Origin: Anthoceros angustus
Taxonomy: Eukaryota; Plantae; Anthocerotophyta
Direction: 5' to 3'
Length of the DNA: 64,000 bases
Assembly: GCA_010909165.1 (NCBI GenBank)
Contig: MU008183.1
Coordinates: 868,001-932,000, forward strand
Below are positions 35,492-47,811 of the stretch, piece after piece. The notes under the pieces were generated by a model. The model did not search any database. It saw nothing but the letters and a program-made list of their open reading frames with translations, and was not told the DNA's origin. Made by a program: the position numbers and the translations under genes. Position 1 is the first letter of the stretch. The number at the start of each line of letters is the position of its first letter.

Positions 35492-37599
35492 AAAGGTCCT
35501 GGACAGTAGCTGGCCACTTGTCCCCAAGTGCTCAATCGAGATCCACTACAATCTCATGAGACGCGTTTGTTGCATGCCTCTCGACTCATCCAAGCAGTGC
35601 TGCACCGATCCATCACTCCTCTCAACCTGCCCGTTGTGCGAAGGATCCAGGAAGCATCGAATTGCGCGCTTGGAAGGCTATGATGCAGACCTCTCGCCCC
35701 GTCTAGACTCACTGCCGTTGCGAGTCGCCTTCCGCGCTGTCTGGCAAGGAGGTGAATGCAAGCAGTTGGCTGAAAATTGAAACGCGTTCTCACCGACGAC
35801 TCCAACACCGCACCGAGAATCTTTGTTCACAGAACAAGTGTAGCAGATAACTCCACAAGACAGAGAGGCGTGAGGCTTGATCGGAGCGACAGTTCCAGAA
35901 TATCCTGCACGCACGATCAATATCCATAAGATAGCCTACCAGGAAGCTCTACTGCGAGGGTGGCTTACACCTACTGAGTTCGTAGTAGTAGGGCTAGTTG
36001 CCAGTTTGCTCGTGGACACTACGTGCCGGCCTCTCTAGGCTCATGTTCCCGGTGTTTATGTCTCGCTCTAGATTCTAAAAAAGAAGGTGCCTCACAGTGA
36101 AGCTCTACATGCGGAAGTAACTTCTAGGGGCTCACGACCTGCGAAGGTAGCTCACGCGAGCCGCTGTAGCTATGAAGGCAGGCAAGACGAGGACGATAAG
36201 ATACACCAACACAAGTCAAGTTACCAGCGTCGATACGTATTTGTTTCAGGGTAGAGGTCGTTTCAGATGAGGGTAGGCGGTGCGCACCCAACAGGGGAAA
36301 CGTAAAAATGAATCGAACTCTTCACACCGTAGGAAAAAATGAACCGAAAAAGGCCTTAGATATACATACGTAGTAATGGTCTGACAACCGACAAGCCAAA
36401 GGCTGGCGCAACCCACTTTCATCGTATAACTGCGTATCTCAGAGTCCGAGTTAGGTACCAAGAGAGGTGCATCCAAGAGGTGTCGGAAGAGAGTTGTCTT
36501 GACCAAGCCAACCAGGACGGTCTTCTGGCAGGCCCGCAGTGGTCAAGCGCCAGGTGGCTCTCACCGGAGGAGGACACACCTGCATGCAGCATGTAGCATG
36601 CAACATGCAACGAGGTGGGTGAGGGGAACGGCGACACCCGCACAAAAAGAACTTTCAGAGACCTGTTGTTCTCTGGCTTTGAATGGCAGGCACATCACGG
36701 CAAAGAGTGAGGACAAGCTACGTACACTAGATTGTTTTCCTGGGTGCCACTCTGGGAACGAGCCGTACGCATACGAGCCATGTTCCTGTCAAGACGCTGG
36801 CACGAGCAAGTCTGTGAGAGTTAACCCGACCAAACCTTGAAATACTTTGTCACAGACACATTGAAAATGCTACTCACAATTTCGTCAGGATCTTCATGTC
36901 TGAAAGGCTGGACATCTGTTCCGACTGATGCCGAAACATTGCGAAAACCACTACACATCTGTCTCATATATTCCGACACATCTGCACAAAAACAAGCATG
37001 GTCAACCACAACCTCAAACGCAAAGAACTTTCGACCTATGCAAAAGGCAGCGTACAAGTCAATGCATCCAGATGCTGTCACTTACCGTGGAGTTCACCAA
37101 CAAGTTCAGAACGCGGCAGTGATCGAGAGGCCACATATCCCACTAGAGCCCAGGGCCCGGGATCTCTTCACATCCACTACCAAGAGCTTGCGGAGGAGGG
37201 GTATCCACAATATCTTGGAGGCAATAATCCAAACAGCTTGTCTGCTTCACAGGCGCAGACTCCCTACCAAACACCTAACACTGGGGGTTTAATAATGATG
37301 AGCATTGGTGGATATCAGGTGGCAGCCACACACATGGGTATAATGTGGAACTAGGCCCAGGCTGCACAGGGTAAGCCAGTACTGATATATGCAACAATCC
37401 TCAGAAGATATTTGCCAAGCTCACAACTCCAAGCTCCTGCAAGCCCCTCAGTGCTTGCCTGCTATTTCCCGCCAGCATTCTGTTAGCATATATGAAAGTC
37501 AACTGCTCTTAAAAAACGTGCACCAGATTCTATGTTTGAAATGTTACAAGGCTTCAGCCCTGTGATCTGGTGCGAGAATGCTGGCAGGAGCAGGCCGGG

Positions 37600-39511
37600 C
37601 CCTGTCTTTAACGACAGGGGCCTGGCTGAAACCGGAATCAGGTTGCTGTTGATGTGGCTGGAAGCAAACAATGCCAGATCAGAACTTGACACCCTGAGTG
37701 GAACTGGACAACGTCATCATTCACTGCAGTACACTAAACATTCGTGTCACCAACCCTACCTGAGTAAGAGGTTGCTGAAAGTGGTCATGTGGAGGATGCA
37801 TATAGCCATATTAGGGCCTGGATAACCATATTGAGGACCAGGCATGTACATAACAGAGGAATGTGCAGCAATATGGCCCGGATTGTATGGTCCCATGTGG
37901 GCGTCTCCAGGTCTGAAACCCAAAGAAGCCACAGGATTACCCCAAGGTGCCTCATGTGCTGTGGGAGAGGAGGAGGAAGAGGGGCGTCCATGACCATCGG
38001 AGGCCTTGGATACCTCCAAGCTGAGGAAACTCTGTGTTATAGTTAGCCAGGGGGCATAGATAGGGTTGCACACCAAAGGGCTGAACATTCACCCCAAAAC
38101 CTGGGTCAAACCGCTGGGAGTACCTGAAGAAGCACATAACTACAGGTCAGGCATGGCCATAAATCATCTCTGAGGCATCCTTGATACAAATAGAACACGT
38201 TCTCAACAACACACAAGAAAGAGGAAAGAGATACCTGTCAAAATTACGGTCATAGTCTGGATCTCTCCTATCCTTCTCACGGTCCCGGAAAATCGCAACC
38301 CGAGTGCTATACTTCATCCTGCCGCTGTTCTCCTTCTCAACTTTCCCATTACCATTACTCCTAGCTCCCACGGCCCCGTTCTCCACCAAGCCTCTTGCAC
38401 CCGTATCTCGTGCATCCTCAACATACACTCTCTCTTCCGGTTTTGCAGTTTCCGCCGGTACGGGCGGCTCCACCGGCTGAAAAGGCTCAAGCCCAAGTCC
38501 CTCATCGTCAGAACCCTTCCCTCCGTTCTCCCCGCAGAAAATCCGCGCACGAGCCTTGTTATATTCCTCTTTCCGCTCCTCCACGGACTTGACGGGTTCA
38601 ACCTGCCACCATATCCACCCCGCCGATACTATCCCCAATTGCTCTCCCCTCTATGCGGCCTCTGCTTTATAGCAAGCTTCGCCACAGGCTGCGACACAAA
38701 CTTCTCCTCCGCCGGCAAGTCCACCGGAATGTCCGCCAACCGGATAGCAGGATACCTCGTCTCCCCGTCTTCCTAGCGATAATCCTGCTCCTTCCATAGA
38801 TCCGCTGTCAACCACCATAGACTGAAGAAAATAGTGCTGAGCCACTCTGTGCGCAGCCAGCCGCAAGTACGACGACGGCATAGGCTGGAAGTCCAGTTGC
38901 TGCAACTTCGGGTTGCGTATAAACCTCTCCACCTCCTGCTCCAGCCTCAAAACTGGCATGCAACGACTCCGCGTCATCAGACAACACTCACAAGCCACGC
39001 CAAGCCAAGCAAACCCCGCACACGAGTCAGAAAACGTTCGAACCGCAGGAAACTCACTGGTAAGCCGGTCGCAGGGGTTCTGCAGCGCCTCCCGGAGGAA
39101 GCTGTCCACCTGCTCCACGCTGCGTGTCACGACGCCATCGCCGTCACCCGGCTTGACGTCCGAGCCAGGGCTCTTGCCGTCCAAACCCCCGCCGGAAGCG
39201 GCGTGCTCCTCCTGCTTCCGCAGCGTCGCGGCCGCCAAGTTGTCCACCAGATCGGCCATCTCCCACGAGTCCGGGGGGCCCTGCTCCGCCATGACGGCGC
39301 TGCCCGTGGTGGCAGCAGCAGCGGCAGCGGCGGCAGCGCGCTCCAGCGAACCCTCCCCGCCCTCGTCTGCGTCCATCCGCAGCAAACCCCAGCCGGAGCC
39401 CGACTCACTGGCGCCGGCCCGTGCCGTAGGCAGAGCACGCCAGTCCGAGTCCGTGAGCCCCGCCGCGCTGCGAGCAGCCGAGCGTGAAGATGGTCGCGGC
39501 AACGGCGCCAT
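37600..39511 (-). CDS. R3H + SUZ domain single-stranded nucleic acid-binding protein, multi-exon
   Basis: VDSFLREALQNP, LRLEQEVERFI...FQPMPSSYLRLAAHRVAQHYFL (R3H), KSVEERKEEYNKARARIF (SUZ), RVAIFRDREKDRRDPDYDR and a Q/P-rich C-terminus. The start (39511 or 39376) and exact stop are approximate. Confidence 0.9.
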
Positions 39512-39941
39512 CGCCACCGCTACCGTGAGGGTGCAGTGCACTGCTGTGCTGTGCTGTGCAGACAGACCGTGAGCGAAGAATTGGAGGCGATCGCCAAGCG
39601 GCTCGAACCTTCCTTTGTTCTTCTCACCTTACTTAGGGTTGGTTATATCGCGGCCTCCTTTTTTTATCTTTCATCTACATATTGCCGTAGCCTTCGAACT
39701 AAGGCTATTCGTTCTTCTAATCGTGTTCGTCGATTCCCAACCACTCACCTAGTTTATAAAGCGTTTAAGCTCATTAGGTGATCTTGTTAGGTGTTGATTT
39801 ATTTCATACCATTGCTTAGAACCTAATTTAGGAAGCATCTAAGCATCTGTCCAAATGGCTTAGGCCAAATGGACACACATTTATAAGAATGCCGTGATTA
39901 AGCATCCTGAGCATGGATGAGCAGTTACGTTAAACATGACC

Positions 39942-40085
39942 GACATGTCCTTTGTACTTACGAAAATGGTATTTGGTCGAGACCAAATATGCAATGGATG
40001 CAATGTAGATGGATCAGCTTAGATGGGGTTGCATATTTGGTCTCGACCAAATACCATTTTCATGGGGTCGCATAAAGGACATGTC
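39942..40085. repeat. 144-bp fold-back (inverted repeat), MITE-like or hairpin RNA locus
   Basis: Perfect 33-bp arms 39962-39994 and 40029-40061, plus outer 12-bp arms gacatgtccttt / aaaggacatgtc. Confidence 0.88.
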
Positions 40086-40586
40086 TTGTCGGATCACGTG
40101 AAAGTCGCTGCCTGCCCTGGGCCTCGACGCGCATTGATTTTTTCGGGTATTGTAGGTGAATTTTAGAGAGAGAATTGACCTTTGGTCATTATTTTACCCA
40201 GAGTAAAATTCATTACACAATATAGTAGAAAATCATCTACCATCAAGGTACAAAAACAACCGAACCATACAAGTGGGTAAAATCATCTACCATCAAGGTA
40301 GAAAATAGAGCACTAGAGTAGAAAACATGGCGACCAAGTGAATACCATGGTCTAGAAGCTCATTCTAGAAATCCCACCAAAATCGCTAATCGACAAAAAC
40401 ATTTTACATTAAATAATATTCATGCGGATCCAGGATATACAAAAAACCAACAAAGAAACCTTTTCTTTGCAGAGTTTCCTGTATATCCAGAATGGCATGA
40501 AATACAAATTCAACTAATGAAGAGTAAATACCAGAATAGATTGAACTCTGCTAGATTGAACTCTACTTCAACAACAATGGAACCTA

Positions 40587-42275
40587 CAAACAAAACGAAA
40601 ACAGCACACAAACCGTGATTAGGCTGATACTAGAAAACACTGGAAATAATCATAGCAAATACTTAAGAAATGATACTCACCTTATTTAGGGAAATTGATC
40701 ATAATTATATTGAAAACGTAATTTTCACCACTTGGCTTGATTGGCTTGTACAAAGATCATTCTTGGCAACCAATTGATGAAGCCGAGGACTTGGACGAAA
40801 TTGTCCGCTTCGCAAGGTGACAACCTAATAAAATACAACCATTGATTTTCAATGTATCGCTGATTAATAAAGAGCATAAGAAAACTTACCAATCGACGGA
40901 TTTTCGCAGAGCAGGGCAAATATCTCGAGGCACATTCTTCGCCTCGTTCTTTTCCACCGCAGCCTTGAACCTCTTGCCGCTCCATCCGCCGCCAGCTTGA
41001 TGCTTAATGTGCTCCTCTCCACATTTCTCCGCCTCAATCTCAAGGGCTTTCTCTTTGCTTAGAGACTCGTAATTCAACCGCGACGCCTCTCTATAAGAGC
41101 CTCCAAACTTTTTGCGAAACTCCAATTCGCTTCGCCTATCATACTCCAATTCCCGACCAAGCATCTCGCAGAAGTCACCAAAGCCACTTCCATTTCCATT
41201 TGCAACACAGTAACAATATCCAGAGGTGCTACCACCCACATTTCGCCCCGGTTAACTTCGGATGATCACACTCACTATGCACAATGCCCTCCAACAGAGG
41301 GACCATCGCATCCACTTCCTCGAGTGTATCAATGTTGAAATGAGGGACAAGAAGGTCGCTCCACTAGTCGCAGGATTCACAACCGCCAAGATAAACATAA
41401 TCGTGAAACTCCAAAAGAAGTGAAAACAAACAAAACGAAAACAACACAAACCGTGATTAGGCGATACTAGAAAACACTGAAATAATCATAGCAAATACTT
41501 AGGAAATGATACTCACCTTATTTAGGAAATTTGTACTGATTATACATTGAAAACGTAATTTTCACGACCACTTGGCTTGATTGGCTTGTACAAAGATCAT
41601 CATTCTTGGCAACCAATTGATGAAGCGAGGACTTGGGCGAAATTGTCCGCTTCGCAAGGTGACAACCTAATAAAATACAACCATTGATTTTCAATGCTGA
41701 TTAATAAAGAGCATAAGAAAACTTACCAATCGACGGATTTTCGCGAGATAGCGATGCAAATATCTCGAGGCACATTCTTACGCTCCTTTCTCTTTTCCAC
41801 CTGCTCTTGAACCTCTTGCGCTCCATCTGCTGCCGGTTCTCTTGATGCTTAATGTGCTCTTGTCTCCTCTCCACATTTCTCCTGATCTCAAGGGCTTTCT
41901 CTCTTTGCTTAGAGACTCGTAATTCAACCGCTTACCTGTCTCTATAAGAGCCTCCAAATCCTTTTGCATGAAACTCCAATTCTTTACATCTATCATACTC
42001 CAATTCCACTCGCGATCTCGCAAGCGCTCAAAGCCACTTCCATTTCCATTTGCGGTCACGCAATACAATATCCAGAGGTGCTACCACCACATTTACATCT
42101 GGTTAACTTCGGATGATCACACTCACTATGCACAATGCCCTCCAACAGAGGGACCACCGCATCCACTTCCCTCGTGTATCAATGTTGAAATGAGGGATGG
42201 TCGCTTCCACTAGTCGCAGGATTCACAACCGCCAAGATAAACATAATCGAAACTCCAAAAGAAGTGAAAACAAAC
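40587..42275. repeat. Tandem duplication, about 840 bp x2
   Basis: caaacaaaacgaaaaca...ccgtgattagg at 40587 and 41427. The junction lies in shared acaaac. Confidence 0.9.
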
Positions 42276-45200
42276 AAGCAAAGAATCAACCTTGTCAACA
42301 TATGGAATTTCACTAGAACACCCTTGTTGGTCCATTATCCATCCGGATGCCTTGGCCACTTTCGGAGGTATGTTTGCAACCAAAACACCAGCCTCCCACC
42401 GCCAATAACAAGAGACCAAGATGATTAAAACAGATCATCCAACATGGCGCAACCAAGGAACTCGACAATACCAACCGAACTTCAGACAAAGTGGACCACA
42501 TGGAAAACTCTTCGACATTGTTCAAAGGTCCGCTTTCATGATGAACAATGAGTGGAGACTAAGACACACAAAAACAAGTCGACAGATTTTCAAACAAGTC
42601 CCTACAAACTTGCAACAAATCTCAAACACTTACATTGTTAACTGTTGCACTCGCAAAGTGCCGATCTTCAGGTGACTAGAAAATACAATTTCGTGAGTCA
42701 CATTGAGGAGCTTGACGGAAGAACACCCTTAAATCATCCCGCATCCGATTCAGTTCTTGTTCAAAAGCTCGATAGGATCGCCGCTCACCGTGAACAAGGA
42801 CTCTCTGTCTTGCTTTGCTTGACCGCACGGCCATATCCGCAAACCATATCGAACAACAGAAGGAACATACAAAGGACTCAAATGTCACAAGCTTTCAAAA
42901 CATATTACCTTGAGAATCCAAAGATCCGCTTTATGGCTACCACTTCTCCCAAAGATCAAGGCACCGAGCCATCGTCAAACGTGTAATCATTGTTACACGG
43001 CACTTATTGGTGTAATAGCCAACGAGCCCACCGCTCACCCATGGTCTTCATGAACCTTGACAACATTCCTTTTGAAACACGGAGTTTTGCATACCAAGCC
43101 TAGCCAAAAAACAAGCTTAGTAAATACAAACCACAAAACTTAAGCCCAAATAACAACAAAAACCGGTATGATTAAAACAGATCATCCAACATGGCGGTCG
43201 CAAGGAACGACAATACCAACTCGAACTTCAGACACAAAGTGGACCACATGGTGCGGAAAACTCGATTCGGTCGACATTGTTCAAAGGTCCGCTTTCATGA
43301 TGAACAACGAGTGGCAGAGACCTAACACACAAAAACAAGTCGACAGTCAAAACAAGTCCCTACAAACTTGCAACAAATCTCAAACACTTACATTGTTAAC
43401 TGTTGCACTCTGCGATCTTGGTGACTAGAAAATACAATTTCGTGAGTCACATTGAGGGAGTTGACGGAAGAACACCCTTAAATCATCCCGCATCCGATTC
43501 GATTCGTTCAAAAGCTCGATAGGATCGCGTTCACCGTGAACAAGGACTCTTCTGCGGTACTGTTTTGCTTGACCGGGCCATATCACAAAACTCGAGCGAA
43601 CAACATACAAAGGACTCAAATGTCACAAGCTTTCAAAACATATTACCTTGAGAATCCAAAGATCCGCTTTATGGCCACACACTTCTCCCAAAGATCAAGG
43701 CACCGAGCCATCAAAACGTGTAATCATTGTTACAGCTCTTATTGGTGTAATAGCCAAGCCCACCCCATGGTCTTCATGAACCTTGACAACATTCCTTTTG
43801 AAACACGGAGTTTTGCATACCAAGCCTAGCCAAAAACAAAAGCTTAGTAAATACAAACCACAAAACTTAAGCCCAAATAACAACAAACTTACATTTGATC
43901 TTGGGTTATCAATTGTTGAATTGAAAAACCCCGAATTGATGATTTTTGTCGCACACCACTTGGGAGAGTGTTCAATACCTAAAAGTTTCGATAACATCCG
44001 CTCAGAATCTTGACCTTTGACTAAATGCTCACTCGTAATTCTTCATGTCCACTTTGTATTTTTGAAAGCCGCTCTTGATACCGCAAATAAAAGCGAGCTT
44101 AATACAAAGACATCAAAACAATCAAAGATACAATGAACAAAACAACCAAAACATCGAACAAAAGGTCCACTGAATCTGAGAACGAGAAGTCCCCGATGAG
44201 CGGTGTTATGTAACTCTTCACCACCTCGAACTCCAAACTGGTCATGCAAAAATATGCACACCGCAAACAATAGAGGCATAAGGCCTCGGTTAAAACCATA
44301 AATGAACAATCAAAGTGCACCCCTAAACCAACAATATTACCTTTTTGAGCCCCGCCCAAATGAGCATTGATGATCTCGTGTGAAAGAATCCGCTCATCAT
44401 CATCGAAATCAACTTCACCTCTTTTCGACATGACACAATCCCAAGGTCCTTGCCGATTTTCATGGACGCAACCAACGCTCGGGACCCATCCACTTCCCTC
44501 GTGTATCAATGTTGAAATGAGGGATGAAGGTCGCTTCACTAGTCGCAGGATTCACAACCGCCAAGATAAACATAATCGAAACTCCAAAAGAAGTGAAAAC
44601 AAACAAGCAAAGAATCAACCTTGTCAACATATGGAATTTCACTAGAACACCCTTGTTGGTCCATTATCCATCCGGATGCCTTGGCCACTTTCGGAGGTAT
44701 GTTTGCAACCAAAACACCAGCCTCCCACCGCTGTAACAAGAGACCAAGATGATTAAAACAGATCATCCAACATGGCGACGCAACCAAGGAACTCGACAAT
44801 ACCAACTCGAACTTCAGACACAAAGTGGACCACATGGTGCAAAACTCCGGTTTGACATTGTTCAAAGGTCCGCTTTCATGATGAACAACAGGAGTGGCAC
44901 AGACCTAGACACACAAAAAAACAAGTCGAGGACATTAACAAGTCCCTACAAAACTTGCAACAAATCTCAAACACTTACATTGTTAACTGTTGCACTCGTA
45001 AGTGATCTTGGTGACTAGAAAATACAATTTCGTGAGTCACATTGAGGATTGACGGAAGAACACCCTTAAATCATCCCGCATCCGATTGAGTTCTTCGTTC
45101 AAAAGCTCGATAGGATCGCTCACCGTGAACAAGGACTCTGTCCTGCTTTGCTTGACCGACGGCCATATCTCGCAAACCATATCGAACGAACAAGGAACAT

Positions 45201-47811
45201 ACAAAGGACTCAAATGTCACAAGCTTTCAAAACATATTACCTTGAGAATCCAAAGATCCGCTTTATGGCCACACACTTCTCCCAAAGATCAAGGCACCGA
45301 GCCATCAAAACGTGTAATCATTGTTACAGCTCTTATTGGTGTAATAGCCAAGCCCACCCCATGGTCTTCATGAACCTTGACAACATTCCTTTTGAAACAC
45401 GGAGTTTTGCATACCAAGCCTAGCCAAAAACAAAAGCTTAGTAAATACAAACCACAAAACTTAAGCCCAAATAACAACAAAACCGGTATGATTAAAACAG
45501 ATCATCCAACATGGCGGTCGCAAGGAACGACAATACCAACTCGAACTTCAGACACAAAGTGGACCACATGGTGCGGAAAACTCGATTCGGTCGACATTGT
45601 TCAAAGGTCCGCTTTCATGATGAACAACGAGTGGCAGAGACCTAACACACAAAAAACAAGTCGACAGTCAAAACAAGTCCCTACAAAACTTGCAACAAAT
45701 CTCAAACACTTACATTGTTAACTGTTGCACTCGCATGCCGATCTTCAGTCCGACTAGAAAATACAATTTAAGTCACATTGAGGGAGTTGACGGAAGAACA
45801 CCCTTAAATCATCCCGCATCCGATTGTTCTTCGTTCAAAAGCTCGATAGGATCGCGTTCACCGTGAACAAGGACTCTTCTGCGGTACTGTTTTGCTTGAC
45901 CGGGCCATATCACAAAACTCGAGCGAACAACATACAAAGGACTCAAATGTCACAAGCTTTCAAAACATATTACCTTGAGAATCCAGCATGTTTTATGGCG
46001 GTCACACTTCTCCCAAAGATCAAGGCACCGAGCCATCGTCAAACGTGTAATCATTGTTACAGCTCTTATTGGTGTAATAGCCAACGAGCCCAGCTTCACC
46101 ATGGTCTTCATGAACCTTGACAACATTCCTTTTGAAACACGAGTTTTGCATACCAAGCCTAGCCAAAAAAACAAGCAGTTAGTAAATACAAACCACAAAA
46201 CTTAAGCCCAAATAACAACAAACTTACATTTGATCTTGGGTTATCAATCGTTGAATTGAAAAACCCCGAATTGACATTTTTGTCGTTTGCACCACTTGGG
46301 AGAGTGTTCAATATGACTCTAAAAGTTTCGATAACATCCGCTCGTAAATCTTGACCTTTTGGGAAATGCTCACTCGTAATTCTTCATGTCCACTTTGTAA
46401 TTTTTAAGTTCTTGATACCGCAAATAAAAGCGAGCTTAATACGACATCAAAACGTCAAAGATACAATGAACAAAACAACCAAAACATCTTGAACAAAAGG
46501 TCCACTGAATCTGAGAACGAGAAGTCCTCGATGAGCGGTTGTAACTCTTCACCACCTCGAACTCCAAACCTGGTCATGCAAAAATATGCACACCTGCAAA
46601 CAATAGAGGCATAAGGCCTCCAGGTTTAAAACCATAAATGAACAATCAAAGTGCACCCCTAAACCAACAATATTACCTTTTTGAGCCCCAAATGAGCATT
46701 GATGATCTCGTGTGAAAGAATCATCGCTCATCATCATCGAAATCAACTTCACCTCTTTTCGACATGACACAATCCCAAGGTCCTTGCCGATTTTCATGGG
46801 CCAACGCACAGGACCCATGGAAAATTCCATGAAACATGTTGATCAGGAACATCGAACCAAGCTTTGGTTCAAGATGCACTTCCTTGTTAAAATTGTTAAA
46901 ACCACGAAAGAAAGACATCCTGAGAAGAGAGAATCACATGTGAAAGAAAGTCAACTATCAAAATCAACAAGTAAAACATCACTACTTACGCTTCGGAGAA
47001 AATCTCCATTGTCCTTGATTCGAACTTGATGGAAAAAGGATATCGAATAAGATTAGATCCTTGTGAGGATATCCTCAGCGACATCCCCCCACCACTCACT
47101 TTCATAAAGGCCGAGGCGACTTGACACCGATTATTACGCGTTTGGACCTATCCTCCCCACCACTAAAGCATCATTCACGCTCCCTCGGGACTATTGGGTC
47201 AACCGCCTCTAAAATTGCTTCATCATCAATTTCCTCCATACCCATGGCAAAGTCATCTTGGGATCATCACACTTTAGCCTCTCAAACATATCAAGCACTT
47301 CTTGATCGGGATGACTCGGTCGGGAACCACAACAGGCATGGAAAACGCCACCAGAAAAGCATCTGCTCAACGGCACACAAATCTCTAGACTCCGAGTTTG
47401 GGCCTCACAACCATGGGATCGCTTATCAAGAAATCATTCTCCCCCACAAACTGGACCCCTCTCTCGGACACTGGGACATAGTTAGTAATCTCTGCAAGAG
47501 GACCTTCAACCAAAGCCACAGGTCGAGTGTCCACCCTTCTCCTCTTCTGAACAAACTCAGCTGCACGTCGAGCGTCCTTCTTGGATGAAAATCGCCTTGG
47601 CGGTTTGGGCAAGTCTTTTTTGGGAACTAAGTACGTTCCTTCACTGTGCACCAAGACACCATCAACTTTACCATCATCCTGCGGATGAGTTGCGATTATC
47701 TTGAACCCTGGTTGACACATTGTCTTGTATATGGCTTGGCCATAACTTGACCAGAGATCCCTGTTTCCTTCCCGGCCCAGCAGGCCCCGTGGGTTTTCTT
47801 TTAGGAGCCAT
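40725..47811 (-). pseudogene. Multi-exon gene of unknown function (MAPKRKPTGPAGPGRK...), scrambled by tandem duplications
   Basis: ATG at 47811 follows a tttttgcag acceptor. Many GT..AG-bounded protein-like exons (DDERILSHEIINAHLGG, ELNRMRDDLRVFFRQ, FILAVVNPATSEATFI, ELEYDRRSELEFRKK). Confidence 0.55.
42160..46816. repeat. Higher-order tandem repeat: about 2.33 kb x2, each containing an internal approximately 745 bp x2
   Basis: atgattaaaacagatcatcc at 42421, 43168, 44749 and 45488. catccacttccctcgtgtatc at 42160 and 44487. Confidence 0.9.

Larger units (their letters stand above)
28091..36676. repeat. Segmental duplication, copy B (native context; continues into the R3H gene)
   Basis: Matches 1-8545. 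Its right side continues as ordinary intergenic DNA to the next host gene. Confidence 0.95.

Noticed and set aside
36837-37354. ORFs of 118-151 aa between FEX and the R3H gene
   Set aside because: No recognisable motif; overlapping frames; the region is likely 3' UTR or intergenic DNA.
39497-39510. 14-nt match to the tRNA-Asp PBS (tggcgccgttgccg on the minus strand)
   Set aside because: It falls in the GC-rich start region (MAPLP) of the R3H gene, with no LTR or gag context, so it is treated as chance.
40587-46816. CRISPR-like or satellite array
   Set aside because: The units are 745-2330 bp exon/intron blocks in a eukaryotic context, with no short repeat-spacer pattern.
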